DNA of 64,000 nucleotides from a phage: NCBI GenBank assembly GCA_012557565.1, contig GCA_012557565.1_3926.1; one strand, given 5' to 3'. Shown in pieces: positions 29,363-38,865 of this stretch. The notes below the pieces were generated by a model. The model was not told the DNA's origin and searched no databases. It was given only the letters and a program-made list of their open reading frames with translations. Position numbers and translations under genes: made by a program. Each line of letters begins with the position of its first letter. The stretch's first letter is position 1.

Positions 29363-29628
29363 CAGAAAAGAGTGAAACGTTTTATGTAGAAGGTTACTTA
29401 CTTCTTCCAAGACCAAGTAACACTTATATGAGAATTGATTTCTTACCAACTATCATGGATGATGTAATGTGTCACCTGTTTATTCAGGGTATTACAGCAC
29501 AGTTAAAACATGTTGGAAGAGAATGTAAGATTCGTGTTGACAATCATCCTGAAATCAACGAGAATCACTACATCTGGTTCGGTGAAAACTCCAAAGAAAT
29601 CTACGCAACGTTAAAAACGAGGAAATGA
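29359..29628 (+). CDS. hypothetical protein
   Basis: 89-aa ORF. Confidence 0.45.
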   Translation: MTEKSETFYVEGYLLLPRPSNTYMRIDFLPTIMDDVMCHLFIQGITAQLKHVGRECKIRVDNHPEINENHYIWFGENSKEIYATLKTRK

Positions 29629-29784
29629 TTGTGGACAAACAGAAGCTTCTTAACTTGATTGAAGAGTATGGTGATACCCGTTTTAATATTGGTATTGCAC
29701 AGGTTAAAGATTCAATTGAAAACTCTACCTTATGGGAAGAAGCTTCAGAAGCAATCTTACAACAAATTAAAGAGGTAATCTATA

Positions 29785-30111
29785 ATGGAACTTAATGGTA
29801 AAACCATTGTAGCCGTCTTCTCAGATAATGAGAAAGATATTGGTGTAGCCCAAGTGACATATGGCAATGGTGAGTTTCTATATGGTGTAATCGCCATGAT
29901 TGGTACAAGAGGCGATACCCCAACATTCCAAGATTGTGTACATAAGCTCGAAGAGTCTGTTAGAAATCATTGGTGTCTCGTTTGGATGAACGATAATGAT
30001 ATCAAAGAGCGTTACGCTAAAATTGGTATTGACATTGTTGGTATTGAACATGTAGACTTATATCAACTAACTGAAAAGGTAATGTATGAAAGTTCTAATC
30101 GTCAGAAATAA
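29785..30111 (+). CDS. hypothetical protein
   Basis: 108-aa ORF. Confidence 0.5.
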   Translation: MELNGKTIVAVFSDNEKDIGVAQVTYGNGEFLYGVIAMIGTRGDTPTFQDCVHKLEESVRNHWCLVWMNDNDIKERYAKIGIDIVGIEHVDLYQLTEKVMYESSNRQK

Positions 30112-30307
30112 AAAGACACGGCAAATTATAGCATCTGGTATCTATGTAGGGAGAAGTGAAGTAATCCCGTTTACCGAGGTTTTCTCACATAAAGAAACCT
30201 TCAAATATTATTTGGATGAAGGCTTCTTACGTTCAAACGTTGAAAGTTTTAAACAGACTTTCACCAGTAATCGTACAGTCACTCAAGAGGTAATCTTAAA
30301 TGGCTGA
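30086..30307 (+). CDS. hypothetical protein
   Basis: 73-aa ORF. Confidence 0.4.
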   Translation: MKVLIVRNKKTRQIIASGIYVGRSEVIPFTEVFSHKETFKYYLDEGFLRSNVESFKQTFTSNRTVTQEVILNG

Positions 30308-30500
30308 TTTCTGCAAGAGTTGTTCTATTGAAATGTTTGGACGTGATACAGGAGACTTGAAAGGTCTTATCACTGAAGATGATTTCAAAGCTGGTTATGC
30401 TATGCCAACACTCTGTGAAGGTTGTGGTGGAATCTGGGTAGACCATGAAGGGCAACGTGTAAAACCTTCTGAAGATAAAGAATCGTGGGAGGAATGGTAA
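30300..30500 (+). CDS. hypothetical Cys-rich (zinc-ribbon-like) protein
   Basis: CKSCS ... CEGCGG cysteine pairs. Confidence 0.4.
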   Translation: MADFCKSCSIEMFGRDTGDLKGLITEDDFKAGYAMPTLCEGCGGIWVDHEGQRVKPSEDKESWEEW

Positions 30501-30501
30501 C

Positions 30502-31296
30502 ATGGGTATCGTAAAAATTATTAAAGGTGATATCTTTAAAGACTTTGATAATAAGAAGTTTGATATCATTGGTCACGGTTGTAACTGCATGAACTTAATG
30601 GGTGCAGGTATTGCAGCAACAATTGCTAAACGTTATCCAAAAGCTTATGAGACTGATGCTGAAGTTTATGCTACAGTTGGTGGTGAAGGTCATAAACCTA
30701 AGCATCTTATGCTTGGTAACATCTCTGTAGCACGTTTTAAGCAGGGTCGAATTGCTAACCTTTACACTCAGGTTATCACTGGTAAAGATGCACGATACAA
30801 TGCTTTAGAAGCAGCTTTGCAGCGTCTTAATAACTACTGCAAAGTAAACCAGCTTAAGAAAGTTGGACTTCCTATGATTGGTGCAGGGATTGGTGGTCTT
30901 GATAGCATGGCTGTGCTGTCTATCATCAATCAGACCATGAAAGATGTTGACGTTTATATGTATGTCTATGAAGATAAGATGTACAGTCAGTTGACTAGTC
31001 CGGTTACTGGTTGGGAAAACTTTAGTGAACCTCAATACTTTGATGGTGTTGCCGTGGTAGGCAAGGATAAAGTTACTCTCAAGGTGAAGCGTAATGGTAA
31101 GGTACACACCAGTTACCCTCCGGTTGAGAAGTACAATCGAAGTAACGCTCAAGTTACCCACCCGTTACAAGGCCATTGTCACAGAGCCGTAACATTTGGT
31201 GATGATGCAAGTGTGTATATCGGTGCTGCTACAGAAGAGTTTGCAGAGGATTATATCACACATGAGAATGTTAACTATGTTGAAGCACGTAACTAA
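30502..31296 (+). CDS. hypothetical protein (GHGCNC...MGAGIA motif, possibly macro-domain-like)
   Basis: 264 aa; motif IIGHGCNCMNLMGAGIAATIAKRYP vaguely recalls ADP-ribose-binding macro-like folds; unverified. Confidence 0.45.
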   Translation: MGIVKIIKGDIFKDFDNKKFDIIGHGCNCMNLMGAGIAATIAKRYPKAYETDAEVYATVGGEGHKPKHLMLGNISVARFKQGRIANLYTQVITGKDARYNALEAALQRLNNYCKVNQLKKVGLPMIGAGIGGLDSMAVLSIINQTMKDVDVYMYVYEDKMYSQLTSPVTGWENFSEPQYFDGVAVVGKDKVTLKVKRNGKVHTSYPPVEKYNRSNAQVTHPLQGHCHRAVTFGDDASVYIGAATEEFAEDYITHENVNYVEARN

Positions 31297-31320
31297 TAAG
31301 TTACCTAAATAGACATAGAC

Positions 31321-31368
31321 AAGCCCTCCAAAGTTTGAGTTTAAAATCTCAGGTAAGGAGGGCTTTTT
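31321..31368 (+). terminator. hairpin terminator (long loop)
   Basis: AAGCCCTCC ... GGAGGGCTT then TTTTT. Confidence 0.55.
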
Positions 31369-31556
31369 CATTTCAAATTTGTGCAGGTGCAATTGCATAG
31401 AACTCTGGACAGATTTCTTTAGCTGAACTCCAAAGGGAAAATTCATTTTCAATTTGTGCAGGTCTAGACTCCAAAGGGCTTTTTCATTTTCAATCTGTGC
31501 AGATGCAGTTGGACTCCAAAGGGAAAATTCATTTTCAATTTGTGCAGGTAGGTAGC
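31357..31556. repeat. tandem array: terminator-derived copy plus three 41-45 bp direct repeats (units start 31428, 31469, 31514)
   Basis: Unit CTCCAAAGGG(aaaat/ctttt)TCATTTTCAAT(T/C)TGTGCAG(G/A)T; shared TGTGCAGG core also at promoter 27043-27070. Confidence 0.85.
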
Positions 31557-31722
31557 TATAGGAAGCAAGACCCACCATCCCCTCTTACTCCCCTTCCTCC
31601 CAAAAGTCAAGAGAAAAATTTGTAGAGAACTGAAAAATAATTCTTGACTAGTTTTCTGTTTTCTGTTAGTTGCGTACACGCGTTTCATTCACAACTTTCC
31701 AAAAATATTTTTAAAAATTTTG

Positions 31723-31751
31723 TTGACTCTATGAATCCAGTTTTGTAGTAT
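31723..31751 (+). promoter_or_regulatory. sigma70-like promoter opening the small-gene region
   Basis: TTGACT, 17-bp spacer, TAGTAT; followed by GGGGCAAGCAAGCCCC hairpin and the CCTAAACTGGAG leader. Confidence 0.5.
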
Positions 31752-31803
31752 TTGCATCAACGGGGCAAGCAAGCCCCAACAATCCTAAACTGGAGAATCT
31801 AAG

Positions 31804-32010
31804 ATGTTATATCAACGTGAATTAATGATTGTTGACAACAACAAAACAAAGAAACGCCGTTTTTATATGCTAATCTGCGACGTTTGGCAACGTATCTCAG
31901 AAAAGGATTTTGATAAATATGTTGATACGTCAATCAGGTCTGATTGTTACCTGACAAATCACACAAGACAATTTACAAGACATACGGCAATTTATTACTA
32001 TAACGTTTAA
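31804..32010 (+). CDS. hypothetical small protein (cassette gene 1)
   Basis: 68 aa; conserved leader upstream. Confidence 0.5.
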   Translation: MLYQRELMIVDNNKTKKRRFYMLICDVWQRISEKDFDKYVDTSIRSDCYLTNHTRQFTRHTAIYYYNV

Positions 32011-32021
32011 AGGGCTTGACA

Positions 32022-32183
32022 ATGATTAAAGAAGGTTATGTAATAAAGTACAAAGGGCAAGACGGATACACAAAGTTGGGACGTGTTTTCTATCTCTATA
32101 CTTCAGTGATGGGCAATGAGTGTATAGCCCTTACAAATGGCGACAAAATAACCATGAAAGATTTTATAAAAATTATTTCATAA
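32022..32183 (+). CDS. hypothetical small protein (53 aa)
   Basis: Own translation MIKEGYVIKYKGQDGYTKLGRVFYLYTSVMGNECIALTNGDKITMKDFIKIIS; no cassette; below track cutoff. Confidence 0.3.
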   Translation: MIKEGYVIKYKGQDGYTKLGRVFYLYTSVMGNECIALTNGDKITMKDFIKIIS

Positions 32184-32268
32184 AGTACTTTACATGGGGT
32201 TTATAAATTGCTAGTATAAGCCCCAGATAAAGAGCTTTACCAACAATCCTAAACTGGAGAATCTAAAA

Positions 32269-32649
32269 ATGAAATATCGTGCGCCTAAATTTATCAACAA
32301 AGAAAACTTTCGTGATGCTCTGGAAAATTCCATGAATGAGCAGTTCAAAGGTAAAATCATTGTTGTTCACGCTTACAATTTTAAGTATGATGTAAATGGT
32401 AACAAGATAAACCACTACACCGCTACAATGTTAGATGGTACACTCTCAGGAGAAAAGGCTATTATAAATGCACTGGCTGGACGTGGTAAAACGTTAATCC
32501 GTTGCGATAAGCGCCGCTATCAAGGAAGTGCTTATGGTTATGAGGATGCAATCTATCATCTTGATAACATGGGTTACAACGTGGTAAAAGCTGGAGTATC
32601 TCAAATGATTGGCAGTGATGGCTATGTAACAATCTTTGAAATTAACTAA
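32269..32649 (+). CDS. hypothetical protein (cassette gene 2)
   Basis: 126 aa; conserved leader. Confidence 0.55.
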   Translation: MKYRAPKFINKENFRDALENSMNEQFKGKIIVVHAYNFKYDVNGNKINHYTATMLDGTLSGEKAIINALAGRGKTLIRCDKRRYQGSAYGYEDAIYHLDNMGYNVVKAGVSQMIGSDGYVTIFEIN

Positions 32650-32734
32650 TAAAGTACTTTACATGGGGTTTATAGTTCGATAGGATAAGCCCCAGATAAA
32701 GAACTTTATCACTAACCTAAACTGGAGTTTTAAA

Positions 32735-32992
32735 ATGGCTACTATCAAAAATATCGTAATTACTGCAAAGTCCCGTGATGACGCTCGCGCAACTGCTAAA
32801 AAATTAAATGGCAAAGTGGTTGACAACGGAAAAGAATCTGCTGTAAGATGGGGTGTGAAGACAGACAAGAAATTAACCCTTAAACATAGTTCTTACAACA
32901 TGTTTAAAGGTGTGAAAACTATCGGTAACACTAACGTATTCACAAAGCAAGGTTACAAAATGCACTTATCATTAACTGACAATTTAATCTGA
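32735..32992 (+). CDS. hypothetical protein (cassette gene 3)
   Basis: 85 aa; conserved leader variant. Confidence 0.55.
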   Translation: MATIKNIVITAKSRDDARATAKKLNGKVVDNGKESAVRWGVKTDKKLTLKHSSYNMFKGVKTIGNTNVFTKQGYKMHLSLTDNLI

Positions 32993-33083
32993 TAAAGTGC
33001 TTTACATGGGGTTTATAAGTTGTTAGTATAAGCCCCAGATAAAGAGCTTTACTAACCAATAGTCCTAAACTGGAGATTCTAAA

Positions 33084-33596
33084 ATGAAAACCACTGATGC
33101 TATTTTTGAAGTTGTAAAAGAAAAATACACCATTATTTATGCAGCAGTTAATTTCTATGAGCCTTCCCATTGTGTGGATAACTGGCAATTTACTGATGAG
33201 CATAAAGGAGGGATTACAATCAAAGTTAAGAATGCAGAACGTAACAGCTACAAATATGCAATCCCTACGCATTACCCACTTTCACAGCTTGCCAGTGACT
33301 ACGCAAAACAGGGAAGGGATAACCCATCATTGGAAGCTTACAAGAGCTTACAGGATGAGCTAGAAAGGGATTTAGAAGCTAATAGTTATATCTTGTATGC
33401 CTCAGTAATTGACGCTGAAGGGAACACGGTTTTAAATAGTTTTTCTCTTGCGTACTCTTTTGATTGGTGCTATCTTGACGGGGAAGATTTAGAGACACGT
33501 TTAGAAGAGGAAGTGTCGAACTCTGACGGGGAGACTGAAGTGATGGAACGTTTAGAAGCCTTGAAAGATTCAGTTATGAATATCTTTAATATCTAA
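33084..33596 (+). CDS. hypothetical protein (cassette gene 4)
   Basis: 170 aa; conserved leader. Confidence 0.55.
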   Translation: MKTTDAIFEVVKEKYTIIYAAVNFYEPSHCVDNWQFTDEHKGGITIKVKNAERNSYKYAIPTHYPLSQLASDYAKQGRDNPSLEAYKSLQDELERDLEANSYILYASVIDAEGNTVLNSFSLAYSFDWCYLDGEDLETRLEEEVSNSDGETEVMERLEALKDSVMNIFNI

Positions 33597-33679
33597 AAGT
33601 GCTTTACATGGGGTTATCAAGTTGATAAGATAGCCCCAGATAAAGAGCTTTACCAACAATCCTAAACTGGAGAATCAAA

Positions 33680-33976
33680 ATGTTTATTGCCGCAAACGTT
33701 AGAACTAAATTAAGCCAACTATTAAACAACATTCAATTCATTGAATCTATGCGCCGTCAATCTGAAGCTGTAGAGTGGTATCATGGAAAGATTAACAAAA
33801 AAGAAGTAATAGTTTGTGTATGGAACTTTTGTAGAGAATACAAAAAGCCGTTGCTTCAGGTTGATATCTATGATAACACTAACAAGTCATCGATTAAGAC
33901 CACTAGAGATATGATTGATTCATATGAAATTAGTCACACTGGAAAATTATTTCACAAAGGCGTAAACAAATGTTAA
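33680..33976 (+). CDS. hypothetical protein (cassette gene 5)
   Basis: 98 aa; conserved leader. Confidence 0.55.
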   Translation: MFIAANVRTKLSQLLNNIQFIESMRRQSEAVEWYHGKINKKEVIVCVWNFCREYKKPLLQVDIYDNTNKSSIKTTRDMIDSYEISHTGKLFHKGVNKC

Positions 33977-34317
33977 TCACATATACAGCTATTTTTATCT
34001 CTATTGTGGCGCTCTATAAAGCCTTTAAAGCGCATCAGTTAGCTAATAAGGCAATCACAAGGGATTTAAAAATAAACCTTGTAAGGGGCTTTATAGAGCG
34101 TTTAAGCTTGGAACAATTGAAACGTTTAGAGATGAGCTTTCGATTTAAAGCGGAGACATACAGAATCGACAACATTCTAGCAGGTGATTTTAAGCTAATT
34201 AGTGATTATGACATACTGTTAGAAGCAATTCAAGATATAAATTTAAAAGATTATTACATCGTAATAGCTCAAGAAATTAATAAAAAAGAGCTTGCAATGA
34301 AAAACCAAAACAAGTAA
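33970..34317 (+). CDS. hypothetical protein
   Basis: 115 aa; overlaps upstream gene by 7 nt, no own cassette. Confidence 0.5.
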   Translation: MLITYTAIFISIVALYKAFKAHQLANKAITRDLKINLVRGFIERLSLEQLKRLEMSFRFKAETYRIDNILAGDFKLISDYDILLEAIQDINLKDYYIVIAQEINKKELAMKNQNK

Positions 34318-34382
34318 AGTATTTATCAACGGGGAGGGAAAACTCCCCCACTAAGCAAAATTCCTAAACTGGAGAATCTAAA

Positions 34383-34655
34383 ATGTATACAACTAACAAT
34401 GGTCATACCCTTAATGTAACTCTAAAGCACTATGTAGACGGTGTATTGAACTTTGAAGAGTTAAGAGCAGAACAGCATTTATTAGACTGGCAAGTAGCAG
34501 GACTGCAAAAAACTGCTACGGGGTACGGTACAAAAATTCCTACATCTTGGAAAGTACGCTATTTAGGAAAGTTACGAAGAATTTATCAAGATGTTTATAG
34601 CAATAGTGGTGTAAGTTACATTATTGTTAACGGTAAAAAGTTGTATTTAGTCTAA
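34383..34655 (+). CDS. hypothetical protein (cassette gene 6)
   Basis: 90 aa; conserved leader. Confidence 0.55.
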   Translation: MYTTNNGHTLNVTLKHYVDGVLNFEELRAEQHLLDWQVAGLQKTATGYGTKIPTSWKVRYLGKLRRIYQDVYSNSGVSYIIVNGKKLYLV

Positions 34656-34743
34656 TAAATTGCTTTACATGGGGTTATCAGGTTGATAAGATAGCCCCAG
34701 ATAAAGAGATTTATCTGACACTAACCTAAACTGGAGAATCAAA

Positions 34744-35151
34744 ATGACTACTATTAATCATAAAGAAGTTGCAATTCTGAAAGCACGTTTGACTATTAAC
34801 CGTATCAACATTGTCACATCAGCAGCACCAGATGAAACATTGCATAATATTATTGGTAAAATTCAGGGTGTAGTAGTAGATGTAAAACAGATTAAAGAAG
34901 CTTTACAAGACGTAGCAGCGGGGGCTATAATTGACGGCGCACAATATGAAATGCAGGAAATGCTTTCAAAATCTAGAGTAATGAATAAAGAATTAGACTT
35001 GAAGATGTTTCGATTTGCTGTTAAAGTATGGCTATGTGTTGATTTTGATGCTAACTTTGCAATAGCTGATTTCTTTGCTACATGGTTACAGCGTAATTTA
35101 CCATCAGAAAAATTTCGTGAAATTTGCGATGCAATTTATTCAGAAATTTGA
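34744..35151 (+). CDS. hypothetical protein (cassette gene 7)
   Basis: 135 aa; conserved leader. Confidence 0.55.
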   Translation: MTTINHKEVAILKARLTINRINIVTSAAPDETLHNIIGKIQGVVVDVKQIKEALQDVAAGAIIDGAQYEMQEMLSKSRVMNKELDLKMFRFAVKVWLCVDFDANFAIADFFATWLQRNLPSEKFREICDAIYSEI

Positions 35152-35232
35152 TTGACACTGCAAAAACATAGTAGTAAAGTACACATCAACGGGGCAAGCA
35201 AGCCCCAACAATCCTAAACTGGAGAATCTAAA

Positions 35233-35790
35233 ATGAAATGCTTTCATGGTACTACTCAAGAAAACTTTTTAAACCTTATCAATGGCGGTGAAAAACCATC
35301 AGGGGCTTGGAATTGCTCTGATATGGATGGATGTTTTTACGTGTACCCTGTTAATAAGTTCTATGATGTAGAAAGTTTAGACGACGAACAAATCACAAAC
35401 GAAGGTATTAGAAACGCGCTTGATAGCGCAAGCATTACAGCAGCGTATCAAATGAAGTCTCAAAAACTTGTTATCTTGGAACTTGACATTCCAGAGGAAG
35501 ATTTACAAGATGACTGGAGTTGTGAGAATATGAGCGACGTTGCAAGCTTTACAGAATACTTTGATAAGGCATGGATTAAAAAGATTTACACAACTGAATT
35601 TAACGCTATGTTTTCACCTTTCTTTGTTCCTAATCTGAATAACAAAAATTTGGGGTATATGCCTGACGAACTACACAACATTGCAACAATGGTACAGCGT
35701 AGCGATGAAATGAATAATGTGTATATAGATATCTATGAATCTATGCACGAAAACGTAGCAGAAACGGCTTTAAGCGATTTAACAGCATAA
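35233..35790 (+). CDS. hypothetical acidic protein (cassette gene 8)
   Basis: 185 aa; conserved leader. Confidence 0.55.
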   Translation: MKCFHGTTQENFLNLINGGEKPSGAWNCSDMDGCFYVYPVNKFYDVESLDDEQITNEGIRNALDSASITAAYQMKSQKLVILELDIPEEDLQDDWSCENMSDVASFTEYFDKAWIKKIYTTEFNAMFSPFFVPNLNNKNLGYMPDELHNIATMVQRSDEMNNVYIDIYESMHENVAETALSDLTA

Positions 35791-35853
35791 ACTATAGAAT
35801 CGTACCAGTTAACTAGAAAATCCCCGCATAGGGGCTTACAAGAGGCTTAAATA

Positions 35854-36084
35854 ATGCTTACAACAATCTATCTTATCCTGTCTATTTGCAACGGCTCACA
35901 ATGTGACTTCAAAGGATTAGAAGAGTTTACAGGAAGCGAAAACAATGCTATTGTAGCATGTCAGATAGCAAGGCAAGACTATCCCACATCGGATGATATA
36001 CAGTGTTACTATAAATCAGAAGATGAGGAGGGGATTTACTTTGATAGTGTGAATGGTGAATATGAAATTCTTATTGAAAAGTAG
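35854..36084 (+). CDS. hypothetical protein with N-terminal hydrophobic segment
   Basis: 76 aa; own CCCC-gcata-GGGG hairpin plus AAGAGG RBS. Confidence 0.45.
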   Translation: MLTTIYLILSICNGSQCDFKGLEEFTGSENNAIVACQIARQDYPTSDDIQCYYKSEDEEGIYFDSVNGEYEILIEK

Positions 36085-36171
36085 TTGACACTGGAAACGC
36101 AAACAAGTAAAGTATTTATCAACGGGGAGGGAATGACCTTCCCCAACAATCCTAAACTGGAGAATCTAAAA

Positions 36172-36513
36172 ATGGCATACGTAACAATTATCACTGATAA
36201 AGAAAACTCTTCTTGGTCTACACAAGTAAACGACAAAATGACACCTATGCAATGCCTCAAATACTTTGAGCAATGGAACAGGGGGGAAGATGTAAGTCCT
36301 TTCCAAGTAATGCAGGTTGTGCATGTTGACAATGAAGGGAACAAAACTACACTTAACACTGAATACTATGCTACACGTTTTGATACTCGCAAAGAAGCTA
36401 TGCGGGAACTAAGAGAAAAGGGCTATAGTCACATTGCCGCTTTGATTTGGTCTGATTTGCTTAAAAAACAAGCATTAACCTATGTCAAGCCAGAAAAAAT
36501 CTTTATAAGCTAA
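36172..36513 (+). CDS. hypothetical protein (cassette gene 9)
   Basis: Track ORF 36085-36513 trimmed to ATG 36172 directly after the conserved leader. Confidence 0.55.
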   Translation: MAYVTIITDKENSSWSTQVNDKMTPMQCLKYFEQWNRGEDVSPFQVMQVVHVDNEGNKTTLNTEYYATRFDTRKEAMRELREKGYSHIAALIWSDLLKKQALTYVKPEKIFIS

Positions 36514-36711
36514 TCAATGACTTACAAAAATCTTTGAAAAAACTGTTGACAATACCCCTTGACATTGATAGATTTGTTCGAGGGGGTTTATCTAAAGGGA
36601 TTCACTTAAAAGATTCTTTATAGATAAGCTGAAAATTCTCTTGCAATGGGTTATCAAAATCTGTATAGTTTCAATCAAGCAATGAAACAATCCTAAACTG
36701 GAGAATCTAAG

Positions 36712-36849
36712 ATGTTAGAAGTCATTAAAAACCCTATCTTGTGTGGAATGATTGTATCTTTCGTTATTCCTTTTGGTCTTCTGATAGCAAGTGAAATTCA
36801 AGATTATTTCTTCAATAAAAAGCTTGCAATGACCAACAAAAACAAGTAA
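36712..36849 (+). CDS. small membrane protein (45 aa, cassette gene 10)
   Basis: Own translation MLEVIKNPILCGMIVSFVIPFGLLIASEIQDYFFNKKLAMTNKNK; conserved leader; below track cutoff. Confidence 0.45.
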   Translation: MLEVIKNPILCGMIVSFVIPFGLLIASEIQDYFFNKKLAMTNKNK

Positions 36850-36911
36850 AGTACTTATCAACGGGGAAGGATAGGACTTCCCCACTAAATCCTAAACTGG
36901 AGAATCTAAAA

Positions 36912-37439
36912 ATGAATAAGTTTCAAGCTATCAATCATATCCGTTCCAATGCCGTGATGAGCAAGCCAGTAAAAGACACTTTCGAATTTCGCTGCAATGA
37001 CAAGTTGTTTGCAGTCATTACGAAAGGGGAGGATAAAAAATATTATGTACATCGCCAAAACGTTAAGGTAGTAACAGCAGATAACTTTATGCAAGCTGTT
37101 GCAACAATCCTCCCTGATTTTATGGCACTAGTCGCAGAACTTTGTGAACATTGCATCAAATCATCAAAAGAAGAGTTAAACCGCTTTAAAATGGCTTATG
37201 AGCGCTCTATCAAGTCCCATAACATGTATATCATGCCGTTGGCACATGGGATTATGGCGATGGGTACAGGTTGCCACCCTTGCAAGCTTTACGACGTAGA
37301 AAACATCTATCTAAGCGAGACAAAAGACAGTGATTTTAACTTACAGTTAGGGCAAGCATTGAATGATATGATTAAACTACACGAAAAATCTGTAAAAGAT
37401 ATGGAAAAAGAGCTTGACGAAATCATCAGAACTCTATAA
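36912..37439 (+). CDS. hypothetical protein (cassette gene 11)
   Basis: 175 aa; conserved leader. Confidence 0.55.
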   Translation: MNKFQAINHIRSNAVMSKPVKDTFEFRCNDKLFAVITKGEDKKYYVHRQNVKVVTADNFMQAVATILPDFMALVAELCEHCIKSSKEELNRFKMAYERSIKSHNMYIMPLAHGIMAMGTGCHPCKLYDVENIYLSETKDSDFNLQLGQALNDMIKLHEKSVKDMEKELDEIIRTL

Positions 37440-37498
37440 AGTACTCATCAACGGGGAGGGAATGACCTTCCCCAACAATCCTAAACTGGAGACTAGAA

Positions 37499-37762
37499 AT
37501 GAATAACGCAGAAATCACTATCCTGTTACAGATTGGTACTGACAAAGAAGATATCCAACTTTGCAAACGTATAGAAAGTGACTGGTTTAACGGTGAAATC
37601 ATCGCAGAATCTTATGAAGTAGTTGGATTCATGAATGGTGAAATTGTAAGCCATTTCGGTTTAACTAAATCTGAAGCCGTTGCAAAGTATGACGTTTTAT
37701 CTTGTGAGATTCTTACAAAATACAATGAAAAAAGACTTGCAACTTATGCAGCAATGAATTAA
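37499..37762 (+). CDS. hypothetical protein (cassette gene 12)
   Basis: 87 aa; conserved leader. Confidence 0.55.
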   Translation: MNNAEITILLQIGTDKEDIQLCKRIESDWFNGEIIAESYEVVGFMNGEIVSHFGLTKSEAVAKYDVLSCEILTKYNEKRLATYAAMN

Positions 37763-37827
37763 TATTACTTTCAACGGGGAGGGAATGACCTTCCCCACTA
37801 AACAACCCTAAACTGGAGACTTAAAAG

Positions 37828-38004
37828 ATGAATTTTGAACAGCGTATGATTGCAAAATTTGGTGCTAAACGTTGGGAAGAAATGAAAAAAGAGCATGAAG
37901 AAAAGAAAAATGAAGAGATGGTAGTCATCACTGGTACAGACTTGTTAAATCATTCAGTTACTAACTACATCATTTCCGGTAACTCTTACAAGAAAGTGAT
38001 TTAA
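37828..38004 (+). CDS. hypothetical small protein (58 aa, cassette gene 13)
   Basis: Own translation MNFEQRMIAKFGAKRWEEMKKEHEEKKNEEM...; conserved leader. Confidence 0.45.
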   Translation: MNFEQRMIAKFGAKRWEEMKKEHEEKKNEEMVVITGTDLLNHSVTNYIISGNSYKKVI

Positions 38005-38080
38005 AGTATTGACAAGGGGGCTTCAAAGCCCCTACTATAGAGACTCAATAAACAATAATCCTAAACTGGAGATTCTAAAA

Positions 38081-38329
38081 ATGGCAACTATCCGCGCAAC
38101 TGTTAACAATTTTGGTTTTTATGCTCTGGACGTTAAGTTTGACATGGTAAACACTGGAAATGCTTTTGATATGGTTGATATGTGTCTGAAAGCAACTGTG
38201 AAAGAATACAACCCTGCTGAATGGTTCTGGAAAGAAACGAAAGAGGAGATTTTAGCAAATGGCGTTTTATCTTACTATTGGGGCGATTCTCTTATCTCTA
38301 TCTATTACGATAAAGAAGGCCGCAACTAA
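38081..38329 (+). CDS. hypothetical protein (cassette gene 14)
   Basis: Track ORF 38009-38329 trimmed to ATG 38081 after the conserved leader. Confidence 0.55.
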   Translation: MATIRATVNNFGFYALDVKFDMVNTGNAFDMVDMCLKATVKEYNPAEWFWKETKEEILANGVLSYYWGDSLISIYYDKEGRN

Positions 38330-38369
38330 CAAGACGCCGCAACGGGGCAAATAGCCCCAGACACCTTTA

Positions 38370-38391
38370 CAGCCCCTTCAATGGGGCTTTT
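38370..38391 (+). terminator. rho-independent terminator ending the plus-strand block
   Basis: AGCCCC-ttcaat-GGGGCT then TTTTT. Confidence 0.7.
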
Positions 38392-38814
38392 TGACGTCTA
38401 TACAGAACCCTTCCTAGAATCTTACCAGACCTTTAGAATAATAACTCTATAGCTTACTCTATATCATCTTATCAAGTCAACTAACTTTTCCCTTAAATAT
38501 AAGCCCATAACCCGAAAGGGAAGGGCAATCCCTAAAACGCCCTAAAACGCTCTATACGGGCTTATCATCTCATCTTAAGCAATCATATTAACCACTTCTT
38601 AAAAGCCCTTTATAGAGCTTTCTAGAGCCTTAAAAGAATCTTATAAGGGGTATAAGCTTTATTATCTCGTTAGTATCTTGTGAATAGTTAAACAGGGGCT
38701 TGATAATAGCTTCAAAGTATGCTATGGAGTCTAAAAAGAGCTTAAAAGTAACGTAAAAGTTAGCCCCCTTTACATTCTCTTAACAAAATCTTAACAAATG
38801 CAACATAGTTATGC

Positions 38815-38865
38815 TTGTTAGCCCCTTGTTAAATCCTTGTTAGTGGTATGTTAAGAGCTTGTTAG
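38815..38865 (+). repeat. phased array of 5 TGTTA(G/A) motifs at 11-bp spacing
   Basis: Motif starts at 38815, 38826, 38837, 38848, 38859; inverted-orientation copies (TTAACAA) at 38779 and 38790. Confidence 0.8.

Larger units (their letters stand above)
31730..38080 (+). repeat. 14 copies of a conserved promoter/hairpin/RBS cassette preceding small genes
   Basis: Leader (A)CAATCCTAAACTGGAGAATCTAAAATG precedes the ATGs at 31804, 32269, 32735, 33084, 33680, 34383, 34744, 35233, 36172, 36712, 36912, 37499, 37828, 38081; each is preceded by AAAGTAyTT plus a GGGG-loop-CCCC hairpin of two classes. Confidence 0.85.

Noticed and set aside
31165-31688. Minus-strand ORFs 31165-31578 and 31464-31688
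   Set aside because: They run through the terminator and tandem repeat array; their repetitive peptide text (FPFGVQL ... LKMKKP) simply reflects the DNA repeats.
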